A stretch of 30,322 nt of DNA, from NCBI GenBank assembly GCA_963676915.2, contig CAXXVK010000039.1, positions 1 to 30,322 on the forward strand. Reading direction: 5' to 3'. The position numbers were made by a program, and so were the translations under genes. This DNA is from Myxococcota bacterium (GTDB taxonomy: Bacteria; Myxococcota_A; SURF-8; G963663525). The notes beneath the pieces are model-generated. The model searched no databases. It had not been told where the DNA came from and worked only from the letters and a program-made list of their open reading frames with translations. Below are positions 8,369 to 16,683 of this stretch, in pieces. Each line of letters begins with the position of its first letter. Position 1 is the first letter of the stretch.

Positions 8369-9690
8369 GTGGGTACGGGTTCCTTTCGCTCTCGTTGAAG
8401 CAGGTGATCCGCCAGGCGGCGTCCCAGGGAAATCAGGGTCAGTACCAACGGACGGTCCAGGGCTTTGGGTAGCACGGATGCATCGGACACGTAAAGGTTT
8501 TCGATTCTCGTTTGCAGGTCGGTGTCCACAATATCCCCGATGCGGGCCGTTGCCCCCGGATGCGCTCCGCGTACCGGACCGATCATGATGCTGTCCGGGC
8601 GACATCCGGCTTCGATGAGGATTTCCCGGCTGATCGCGGCTCCGCGATTGAGTCGAAAGCGCTCTTTTTCTCCCATCGGTTTCGTGATGCGACCGTCCAG
8701 CGAAATCGAGCCGTTGCGGCTGTCGCCGATTTTGACCATGAGGCTGATCTGTTTTCGATACGAGAAAAACTGGAGCAGTTTCGACGGGTTGTGCCTAAGA
8801 GCCATTAACAGCCACATTCCCCAGGGATCGATCAGGTCTGAAAGCAGGATGCCTTCTTCCAGGAATTCGTAAGTGCCGATCGACATCGGCGGACTCAGCG
8901 GTGTTCCCTCGAAACGGGAAACTCCCGAGACAAACACCAGCGGATCGAGAAACATTCCCCGCCCGGCTTCGTGAATGCCGGATTTTTGCAGAATGCAGGG
9001 GGTTCCCAGTCCACCGGCGGCGAGCACTACGCAGTCCGCTTCGATGTCCAAAAGTCCCACAGGCGTAGAGGCAAGTACTCCGGTAGCCTGGCCATCCTGA
9101 ATACTGACGTGGAGAACGTCCGTTCGGGTCATGAATTCCCCGCCCGCCGCTTTCATGTCGTCGATATAGGCGCGGGCGCTCCATTTCGCGCCGTAAGGAC
9201 AACCCAACATGCAGGTACCGCCGCACCGCTTGCGGCACTTGGAAGGATCGATGAATTTCCGCAGCTTTTCGAAGTGATATCCCAAGGTGTCGGCGGCTTC
9301 CATCAAGCGCATGGCGGATGTGCCGATCACGTCGTTGGGAAGTGGCTCCAGGTGAAGTTCTTCGATGATATCTTTGACATACGGGGAAAGGTCGATGCCG
9401 TACTCGGTTTTAAACCATTCCGGCGGTTCGGTGGCCGCACCGCAATACATGATGGTAGAGCCGCCCGCCGTCAAGGCTCGTACGACGTTCAAGCCTTCTT
9501 CGGTGAAGTTCACTCCCATTTTGTCGGCAATCATCAGCCCGGTCAGGTGGTTTCCCAGCCATTCATGTCGGCGCCCTTTTTCAACGAGCAGCACTTTTTT
9601 CCCGGCTCGGGCCATTTCTCTCGCGACGGTCGCCCCGCCCGGACCGGAACCGACGACAACGACATCCGCTTTGCGTTTTAGAGTGTGCAT
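8365..9690 (-). CDS. GMC-family FAD-dependent oxidoreductase
   Basis: Rossmann motif VVVGSGPGG, GGSTIM, Cys cluster CRKRCGGTCMLGCP, LAAGGLGTP, active-site AHPGAT, and NLYVSDASVLP. Confidence 0.85.
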   Translation of the reverse strand: MHTLKRKADVVVVGSGPGGATVAREMARAGKKVLLVEKGRRHEWLGNHLTGLMIADKMGVNFTEEGLNVVRALTAGGSTIMYCGAATEPPEWFKTEYGIDLSPYVKDIIEELHLEPLPNDVIGTSAMRLMEAADTLGYHFEKLRKFIDPSKCRKRCGGTCMLGCPYGAKWSARAYIDDMKAAGGEFMTRTDVLHVSIQDGQATGVLASTPVGLLDIEADCVVLAAGGLGTPCILQKSGIHEAGRGMFLDPLVFVSGVSRFEGTPLSPPMSIGTYEFLEEGILLSDLIDPWGMWLLMALRHNPSKLLQFFSYRKQISLMVKIGDSRNGSISLDGRITKPMGEKERFRLNRGAAISREILIEAGCRPDSIMIGPVRGAHPGATARIGDIVDTDLQTRIENLYVSDASVLPKALDRPLVLTLISLGRRLADHLLQRERKEPVPT

Positions 9691-10445
9691 CGTTTTTCCT
9701 CCTTTGTCAGTCGGTTCTCTAGATTTCGGGCAATCTTTTCAACGGCTTGTACAGCCGGCGAGGATGCCGGCAAATCCCACAACGATCGGCTTTGGCGGTC
9801 GAAATCGGCCAGAATATCGTCTGGTGGAACATGGCCCAAAACGTCGTAACGGTCGGGAATCGCAATGTTTTCTAAAGCATGGACGCGATTGACAACGACG
9901 AGGACGTTATCGCATCCCACCATTTCGGCAATCAGATCCAAGGTGTTCAGGCTGCGGCCCGAACCATCGATAAGTACAAGATACTTTGTCACGTTTCGTG
10001 TGACTTGCCGGTTGATTTGTTCCACACCCGCTTCGGCATCGATCAGGACAAGGGAAAACGACCGGGACAAAGCGTCGATAGCTTCTCTCAGCAGGGCATG
10101 TGCCGGACAATAACAGCCTTTTTCAAGCGTTCTTCCCATGGCCAGCAGTGCATAGCCGTCCCTTTCTTCCAGGGATTCCAACAGTCGGTAGTCCAATTCG
10201 TGCTCGATGGCGTCGCGAGCGGCTTCGTCCTGCCTGCGGGCCAGTTGGATCATGCGAGAACGGATTTCGGCTAAAGTATGTTCCGTGCGTTCTCCTATGG
10301 CTGCGAGCAGTCCACCTGCCGGATCGGCGTCGATCAGACAGAACGGCTCCGGGCGACGGTGCAATAAAGCTCGGGAAAGCAGCGCACAAAACGCGGTTTT
10401 TCCTACGCCGCCCTTGCCGCATACGGCGAGAATGGGGCGAGTCAT
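9678..10445 (-). CDS. CooC/AcsF-type (MinD/SIMIBI) nickel-insertion ATPase
   Basis: Deviant Walker A GKGGVGKT, IDADP, the CXC metal motif GCYC, and switch-II DAEAGVEQ, all hallmarks of the CooC family. Confidence 0.85.
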   Translation of the reverse strand: MTRPILAVCGKGGVGKTAFCALLSRALLHRRPEPFCLIDADPAGGLLAAIGERTEHTLAEIRSRMIQLARRQDEAARDAIEHELDYRLLESLEERDGYALLAMGRTLEKGCYCPAHALLREAIDALSRSFSLVLIDAEAGVEQINRQVTRNVTKYLVLIDGSGRSLNTLDLIAEMVGCDNVLVVVNRVHALENIAIPDRYDVLGHVPPDDILADFDRQSRSLWDLPASSPAVQAVEKIARNLENRLTKEEKRCTL

Positions 10446-11104
10446 TTCGGAGGACTCCAGGTGTTTCGACTCGTTTTATCCTCTTTGGGAGTGGCGTCTT
10501 CCAGTCCTTGCGAAAGACTGGCCAAGACCTCGAAAAGGCGAAGGTTTTTGAATAACTTGTTGCGAATCCATCCCAGGGCGAAACCTAGCCAGTAGGCCAG
10601 GGCGTGAAGAATGGCCTGGAAGAATTTTTCGAACTCGGAACGAGGGTCGTGTTTTTGAATGGCGTTCGGCATGGAGGTTGCCTCCTGGTCTTGCGAGGAT
10701 CGGGGATCTTGAAATCCGATCGCCGCCAGATGATCTCGATACAATACGGTTGTGAAATCGAACAGTGGAATCAACCGTGCGAAATCACTGGGACTCCCTT
10801 TCAATAACATTTCCCGGCGTCCGAAACAAAGTCCCGGCTTGATTTCTCCCAGAAAAATTCGATGCATGGTTTCCGAATCGATCTTGATCGTTGCCCGGCC
10901 GTCGTCGTCGTGGACGCCTGTTCGGACTTGCATGGGGCGCTGGCCGAGATCGAGCAGGAGGTTCCAGCTTGTTGCGCCATGAAACCGAAACAAGGTCGGG
11001 CAGTCGGATTCGGATGTAAATTCCCGAAGCACGGTTTCCGCGTGCGGGAGTTTTTCGAAAAAACTCAATAAAGCATCGTCGTACGTCGGAGAGGGAGGAC
11101 TCAT
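10442..11104 (-). CDS. SCP2 (sterol-carrier)-like domain protein with amphipathic C-terminal extension
   Basis: N-terminal ~130 aa follows the SCP2 pattern (ATIKIDSETMHRIFLGEIKPGLCFGRREMLLKGS); C-terminal hydrophobic helix FFQAILHALAYWLGFALGWI. ATGA overlaps at both ends. Confidence 0.65.
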   Translation of the reverse strand: MSPPSPTYDDALLSFFEKLPHAETVLREFTSESDCPTLFRFHGATSWNLLLDLGQRPMQVRTGVHDDDGRATIKIDSETMHRIFLGEIKPGLCFGRREMLLKGSPSDFARLIPLFDFTTVLYRDHLAAIGFQDPRSSQDQEATSMPNAIQKHDPRSEFEKFFQAILHALAYWLGFALGWIRNKLFKNLRLFEVLASLSQGLEDATPKEDKTSRNTWSPPK

Positions 11105-11907
11105 GACGAAAATCTCCTGCGTTTGATTCGAATGTTTCGTAAATTGTCGCAGACCGGCTTTTCATCGCAAATGTCGCAATTAGACTCCTGGCAGGTCGCT
11201 TCGCCATCTTTACCAAGAGAAAGCTTTCGGTGTCTGCCCTGCAAAATTTCCGCTTCGGTCGCCAACACTGCAAGGGTGTTCACATCGTCCTCGCCGGAAG
11301 TGACGAAGACGCTTTCACAGGCTGCAACGGCTGGAAAATCCAAGGTAAAGGCGGCATTTAAAGCCGAGCCGAAGATGGAAAGATTCATGCCGTTTTGTTG
11401 TCCCTCACGACTGAATCGCAGCCACACGCGACCCGGTACGCTACGCACCATCACACCGGGAAGACGATGGACGAGGTACAGCGTTTGTTCCAGTTCATAG
11501 GGCTGTACGGACATTTCCGGTCGAAGCTGCAAAAGGACGATCTGCACGAACGGATGATAGGGGCGTTCGGGAAGGGCGTCGATATCCGGACCGATTCGAT
11601 GGACCGTTTGAGGACGAACGATGCCTTCGCGAGTCGTGGTGAGCAAAATGGAACGGGAAACCGTACGAGGATGTCCCAGTTCGGCAGCAAGGTTTCCCGC
11701 GAGAATCATTTCGGGGGTGCCTTGTCCACGATGGCAGAAATGAAAACGTTCCGTGAGTTCTCCCGGTGTCATACATGGAGATACGGTAGTGGTTCGTTCG
11801 GTATTTTCCTTTAGAAATTGGCGCAACCCTGCAATTTGTCGCTCCATTTCAGGAAAGTTCGCGCCATCCTTGGCCTGGTTGATATTGGATTGTTGGGGTT
11901 CCAACAC
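11101..11907 (-). CDS. Truncated acetyl-CoA synthase (AcsB/CdhC)-like protein: middle domain plus a Cys motif
   Basis: ELG..., IGPDID, WLRFS, FPAV and C-terminal CxxC(x5)C line up in order with the ACS middle domain. GTG start with AGGAG RBS at 11913-11917. Confidence 0.7.
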   Translation of the reverse strand: MLEPQQSNINQAKDGANFPEMERQIAGLRQFLKENTERTTTVSPCMTPGELTERFHFCHRGQGTPEMILAGNLAAELGHPRTVSRSILLTTTREGIVRPQTVHRIGPDIDALPERPYHPFVQIVLLQLRPEMSVQPYELEQTLYLVHRLPGVMVRSVPGRVWLRFSREGQQNGMNLSIFGSALNAAFTLDFPAVAACESVFVTSGEDDVNTLAVLATEAEILQGRHRKLSLGKDGEATCQESNCDICDEKPVCDNLRNIRIKRRRFSS

Positions 11908-12107
11908 GAAAACTCCTGTTTTCTACCCCGGATTATTCATGAGAATCGTTACGAGACGCAGAAAACCGAAGAGGTTTCACGAAGTTGGAGCGATTTTCAC
12001 CCGCAGTCATACCAAACGGTCTGTCGAGGATGAAAATCGGGAAACGAGTGAAAGATCGAGAGTTTTCAAGTCGGAGTAGATTCTTCATGCATCATCCGGG
12101 GTAAACG

Positions 12108-12890
12108 TTACTGCGAAAAATCCGCCGCAATGACGGCCGCGCCGAGCGCACCGATCAATTGCGGATCTGTTTTTGGAAATGGCTTCATATGAATTGAGAG
12201 TCGTTGCTCTATCGCTTCTCGTACTCCTTTGTTTTTGGCAACACCGCCGGTCATCGCTACATGCTCGACGATCCCCAGCCGCTTGCCCAGCGAGGCCACG
12301 CGGCCCGCCATGGACAGCAAAAGCCCCTTCACGATTCGAGGCAGCGCTACGCCGTCGTTGATCAGGTTGATGACTTCGCTTTCGGCGAAAACGCTGCACA
12401 TGCTGGTAATCGTGCAGGGTTCTCCGTTTTCGAAGTAATAGCGTTCCATCTCTTCGATGGGGATTTCCATCGAACGCGACATGGCTTCCAGAAAGCGCCC
12501 GGTGCCTGCCGCGCATTTGTCGTTCATCACGAAATCCAGCAGGTTGCCTTCACTGTCGATGGCGATGGCCTTCGTATCCTGGCCACCGATATCGATTACG
12601 GTGCGAACCTCCGGCAAAAGGAAGTGCGCACCTCGGCCATGGCAGGTGATTTCGGAAACGTTTTTATCGGCGAATTCCACCTGCGTTCTTCCGTAGCCTG
12701 TACCCACTACGAAAGCCACGTCCTCGCGTGCGATTCCGGCATCGGCCATGGCTTGTTTGAAAATCGTGTCCGCCGTGCGCTTGGGATTGGTCGAACTGGG
12801 ACCGATGACTTGAGCCAAGACCTCGTTTCCCTTGAGAATCACGACTTTCGAAGCCGTGGAGCCGATGTCCACTCCGGCTGTAACGCGCAT
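12108..12890 (-). CDS. ATP-dependent acyl-CoA dehydratase activator (HgdC/HadI/BcrAD, ASKHA family)
   Basis: GVDIGSTASK, GTGYGR, EITCHGRG, DIGGQDTK, MNDKCAAGTG and SMCSVFAESE motifs with two Fe-S Cys. Start ATG 12890 after GAGG (the ORF-track start at 12992 overlaps the upstream gene). Confidence 0.93.
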   Translation of the reverse strand: MRVTAGVDIGSTASKVVILKGNEVLAQVIGPSSTNPKRTADTIFKQAMADAGIAREDVAFVVGTGYGRTQVEFADKNVSEITCHGRGAHFLLPEVRTVIDIGGQDTKAIAIDSEGNLLDFVMNDKCAAGTGRFLEAMSRSMEIPIEEMERYYFENGEPCTITSMCSVFAESEVINLINDGVALPRIVKGLLLSMAGRVASLGKRLGIVEHVAMTGGVAKNKGVREAIEQRLSIHMKPFPKTDPQLIGALGAAVIAADFSQ

Positions 12891-12916
12891 ATTTTTCCTC
12901 GTTTCTACAGATCGCT

Positions 12917-14221
12917 TTACATGCTTCGTAATTTTCGAGGGTAAACGATTTCGTCTACGAAACGTTCCACCTGGAAGTAAATGTCTTCCCAAGACGTGAT
13001 TCGGGGGTCGAACATGTCGAATTCAAAGATCAACAGCGGAATATCCGCTTTACGCAGAGCTTCTTTGAACAGACCGATTCCGCCCCAGGCATGTTTGCAG
13101 GTGACGTGTCCTGCGAAGATGCAACAGTCGGCGTTCCAGCCTTCGACCATGTTCATGAAATCCCGGATATACAGATCGATATCTCCCCGGAACTGGCGGG
13201 ACATCGGTTGGCAACGAACGAGTTTGTTGGCCAGACCTTTGAGCATGGTGGTTTCGTTGCGGGTGTCGATCAAGCCTTCCTGGGCGTAGTACCCGAAAAC
13301 ATCCACCGGGATCGTCAGTCCCAATTCACGCTCGAACCAGTCGTAAATCTGCATATCCGTCCAGACGGCATCCTGATACCAGACCGCCCGTACGCGCTCT
13401 TCGAAAAAGCGCTCGTTTCGCTGGCTGCGTTCCCGTGCTTCTCGTAAAAGATTTTCGGCGATATCCACGCCTTCGGCGGAGCCGGTGAACAGAATCTGCA
13501 AAATCAGTGTAAAAGCGACCACTTTGCTCGATTGGGTCAAGGGGACGAGTTTGCGCCAGTCCAGCCATTCCCATAGGGCTTCGGTCATGCGGTTGGAGTT
13601 CTCGCAGACTTCCCGCAGTCGGTCGATATCCATGCTGTGACCGAGAACTTCCTCCATAAATTCAACAAGTTCCTTAAGCTGGGCTGCTACGTGCTCGACG
13701 GCTTCATTGTCGTCGTGATAAGGAACGTCGATGGAGAAAAACGGAGCGCCGGACAACTCGGCGATAACCTGGGAGTTCATGACCTGAGCGTCGCAAGGTG
13801 TGTTGATCCCGATGGCCAGGGCAGGCGCAGGGTAGCATCCTTTGTGCATCGCTCCTGCGGAGATTTTATCGGCGGAGCAACAATCCGTCGGAATTCCCGA
13901 TGCATGAGCCGTATCGATGAAATCAAGGCTCATACGGTGATTCCCCACCAGAGAATGTACCGTCCCCAGCATTTCCACCGGGATTGGGCAGACATCCCCC
14001 ATGGCGTAGACCAGTTCCGAACTGAAACCGAGATTGTACCAGATGAACGGACTGCGGCGGTCCATGTGATTCAGCAGACGATCGAAGTAAACCGTCAGAT
14101 TTCGTAATAGACTATTGAGACCCAACGAGTCCGGGTCGCCCTCGAAGAACGAGCGAACCAACGGCAGGGTTTCGAAAATTTCCTTCCATTGCGGGATGTT
14201 GGAAAAAGCGGTCGAATTCAT
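12917..14221 (-). CDS. 2-hydroxyacyl-CoA dehydratase family subunit (HgdA/HadB/BcrB-like)
   Basis: Cys ligands in DCCSADK, NTPCD and HVTCKH; FFSIDVP and C-terminal IPLLIFEFDMFDPR pattern of the HGD-D family. Confidence 0.85.
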   Translation of the reverse strand: MNSTAFSNIPQWKEIFETLPLVRSFFEGDPDSLGLNSLLRNLTVYFDRLLNHMDRRSPFIWYNLGFSSELVYAMGDVCPIPVEMLGTVHSLVGNHRMSLDFIDTAHASGIPTDCCSADKISAGAMHKGCYPAPALAIGINTPCDAQVMNSQVIAELSGAPFFSIDVPYHDDNEAVEHVAAQLKELVEFMEEVLGHSMDIDRLREVCENSNRMTEALWEWLDWRKLVPLTQSSKVVAFTLILQILFTGSAEGVDIAENLLREARERSQRNERFFEERVRAVWYQDAVWTDMQIYDWFERELGLTIPVDVFGYYAQEGLIDTRNETTMLKGLANKLVRCQPMSRQFRGDIDLYIRDFMNMVEGWNADCCIFAGHVTCKHAWGGIGLFKEALRKADIPLLIFEFDMFDPRITSWEDIYFQVERFVDEIVYPRKLRSM

Positions 14222-15384
14222 GGAACAACTCCCGCTGCGCGTTTGGCGCGAGTGATTTCGATTTTTTCGACGAAAGCCTGTACGCGAGTTTTAACCTGAC
14301 CGGTTGGTACGATGCCGTATTCTCGGCTGAGTGACAACACGGGAAAGACGTTTTCATTGCGGTTGCGCTGTTGCAGATTATGCAGGTCCGCTCCCCAGGG
14401 ATCGCAGAACAACAATCGCTGGAACACGACGCCGTCGGCTCGTGCGCGCCGGGCGGTGTCTTTCAATGTTTCCCATCGTTCGGGAAAATTGCCGATCATT
14501 CGTGCGCAGGAGAGGCGATAAAAGTAGGTTTTTGCCAATGCTTCCAACGGGTTGTCGCAGTGTTCGTCGATAGAAGGCAGCACGGAACGCGAACCGAAGC
14601 ACAGCTGGTCGGCCACGACCCTCGCATCTTGGCTTTCGATGGCGGCGATGAAGTCCGGTTCGTCCAATTCGGCTCCGATCAACAGCAGCCGTGCTCGGGG
14701 AATCGGTAGTTCGTCTCGTGTCTTCAATTCTTCAAAAAGCCTGTCGGCGTATTCGATAAAAATTTCCGGTGGAAGGGCGTGGGCGGCGAGATGAACCACG
14801 GCGGCTTCGGTTCCACTGAGTCGGGGACGTTCTTCCAGGCGCAGTTCGTCGAGTTGTCGCAGACGTTTTCGGACACGGTTGACACGGGCGATGGCTTCTC
14901 GAAGTTTTTCCGGTGTAATTTTCTGTCCGAAATGCATTTCCAGCGCGTTTTTCAACTTGGCCAACTCGTTGAAATAATACGAGAAAAGGCTTTGTCTGAC
15001 CGTGCGTGGCACCGAAAGAAAATGCTGGAATGGAACGTCGGTTTTTTTCTGAAACAAGTCGTAGGTGCGTCGAACATGGTCGCAGGTGTTGGAGCCGATA
15101 ATGCCATCCAGAAAATCGAATTCACCTTCCAGGACAAGGCTCATTGCGTGTCGTACGTACGTGCAGACATGGCTGCTCATGTAGGCGTCACCGGTGGAGG
15201 AATCCTCCGAACCTGAACCACGCATCCGTAATGGGACTGCACCTGCCGCAAGGATAAGTTCCTGTGGAACGTATTGGCAGAAAAATCCGACAATTGGTTT
15301 TCCTTGCGATTTGAACTCGTCGATATGGTGGTTCGTATGCGTACGAATCAATCCACGCAACGTGCGGTGCACGTCATCAGACAT
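14218..15384 (-). CDS. 2-hydroxyacyl-CoA dehydratase family subunit (HgdB/HadC/BcrC-like)
   Basis: GKPIVGFFCQYVPQELILAAG, HVCTYV, NTCDHVRR, DQLCFGSR, FCDPW and QVKTRVQAFVE motifs. Confidence 0.9.
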   Translation of the reverse strand: MSDDVHRTLRGLIRTHTNHHIDEFKSQGKPIVGFFCQYVPQELILAAGAVPLRMRGSGSEDSSTGDAYMSSHVCTYVRHAMSLVLEGEFDFLDGIIGSNTCDHVRRTYDLFQKKTDVPFQHFLSVPRTVRQSLFSYYFNELAKLKNALEMHFGQKITPEKLREAIARVNRVRKRLRQLDELRLEERPRLSGTEAAVVHLAAHALPPEIFIEYADRLFEELKTRDELPIPRARLLLIGAELDEPDFIAAIESQDARVVADQLCFGSRSVLPSIDEHCDNPLEALAKTYFYRLSCARMIGNFPERWETLKDTARRARADGVVFQRLLFCDPWGADLHNLQQRNRNENVFPVLSLSREYGIVPTGQVKTRVQAFVEKIEITRAKRAAGVVP

Positions 15385-15483
15385 GGTAAGTCACCCCGGA
15401 GTTGCATAAACAAGAAGATAAAAGTATGGTTTGAAGCATTCTATTCGGTCCTTGGGTTCAATACAACTTCTTTTGTCGAAAAC

Positions 15484-16665
15484 ATGGAGATTTCTGTGCA
15501 ACGAAAGACTCGAAGCGGTGATTTCGGTTTCTGGGGGCTTGATAAGAGTAACCTTCGATATGGCATCGTTTGTTTGTGGCTGGGGTGGCTGCTGGCCCTT
15601 TCGGCGTTTTTCTTTGCCTGTTCCGACGAAATCTCCTCGAACGACTTCGTGACGGATGAAGACTTAGAGGCAGATGGCAACGAAGAATCGCTGGAGAATT
15701 TCGAGGAATACGCTTGGCTCGTGTCTGCCCCGGATTATCAAAACGAGTTTTGCTGCCCGGATGCGGAAAACCCGGAAGCCGCAGAGGAAAGGGTGTTTAT
15801 TGAATGTCGAATGGAAGGCGAAAGTTTCATCACGGACCCGGCTGAAGCAAAAGACGAAATCGTCGTCGTCGCGTACAATCTCGAACGTGGACGTCATGCG
15901 GATGAAATCATCGAACAATTGTCGCAAAACGGCTCTGTTCCGTACCCGGATATTTTATTGGTGAGTGAAGCCGATCGTAATTGCAATCGGAGTTCGAACC
16001 GCTACATCACGCGATATCTGGCCGAAGCTTTGGGTATGAACTACGTATATGCGGTCGAATTCGTTGAGTTACCCGACTCGTTGGGAACGGGAATCGAACG
16101 CGCCGACTGCGAGCATGGAAACGGCATACTTTCCCGGTATCCTTTGGGAAATGTTCGGCAGATTCGACATGCCACGCAACGAAACTGGTCGGAATCAACC
16201 GACGAACCCCGGTTGGGTGGACGAATTGCCGTAGCGGCGGATGTGCAGATCGGGCAAAGGATCGTCCATGTGTATTCGGTGCATTTCGAATCCGATGCCG
16301 GGGAGCAGCACCGAGGGCCACAGGCCGTCGAAACGGCGGAGGATGCCCTTACCCAGGGTGGGTTGAGTCTGATTGGAGGAGATTTCAACGCCGGTATGGT
16401 GATGTTGGATCAACAACTTGGCGTCCAACAAGACCAAACCTTGAAAGCTTTTCTCGATCGGGGATTTTTCGACGCACATGCCTCGATTCCGTACGAGGAC
16501 CGAACGACGACAAGCCACGATGTTTCGTTGATACTTGACTATATCGTGGCCAGTCGAAACGTGGTTGTGAACGCTGGCATTGGCGACGCGCAGGAATACG
16601 GCTCGTTGTCGGATCACCTGCCCGTGTGGGTACGTATCGACCTTTCAGGTGTCGATGCCAAGTAG
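15484..16665 (+). CDS. Endonuclease/exonuclease/phosphatase (EEP) family lipoprotein
   Basis: AYN, SEAD, HGNGILSRYP, VHF, GGDFN, LDYI and SDHLPV motifs; lipobox-like SAFFFA-C. Start at ATG 15484 or GTG 15496 (GGAG upstream); the ORF-track start at 15274 overlaps the divergent gene. Confidence 0.85.
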   Translation: MEISVQRKTRSGDFGFWGLDKSNLRYGIVCLWLGWLLALSAFFFACSDEISSNDFVTDEDLEADGNEESLENFEEYAWLVSAPDYQNEFCCPDAENPEAAEERVFIECRMEGESFITDPAEAKDEIVVVAYNLERGRHADEIIEQLSQNGSVPYPDILLVSEADRNCNRSSNRYITRYLAEALGMNYVYAVEFVELPDSLGTGIERADCEHGNGILSRYPLGNVRQIRHATQRNWSESTDEPRLGGRIAVAADVQIGQRIVHVYSVHFESDAGEQHRGPQAVETAEDALTQGGLSLIGGDFNAGMVMLDQQLGVQQDQTLKAFLDRGFFDAHASIPYEDRTTTSHDVSLILDYIVASRNVVVNAGIGDAQEYGSLSDHLPVWVRIDLSGVDAK

Positions 16666-16683
16666 ATATCTAACATCCCTAAA

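Noticed and set aside
9678-11907. Calling the region a CODH/ACS (Wood-Ljungdahl) operon
   Set aside because: No CODH catalytic subunit, CFeSP or methyltransferase is present, and the AcsB-like protein lacks the N-terminal domain and the distal-Ni Cys-Gly-Cys.
12108-15384. Calling the trio benzoyl-CoA reductase (bcrABCD) or assigning hgd/had/fld symbols
   Set aside because: Only one activator-type subunit and no aromatic-degradation or CoA-transferase neighbours; the substrate cannot be read from sequence.
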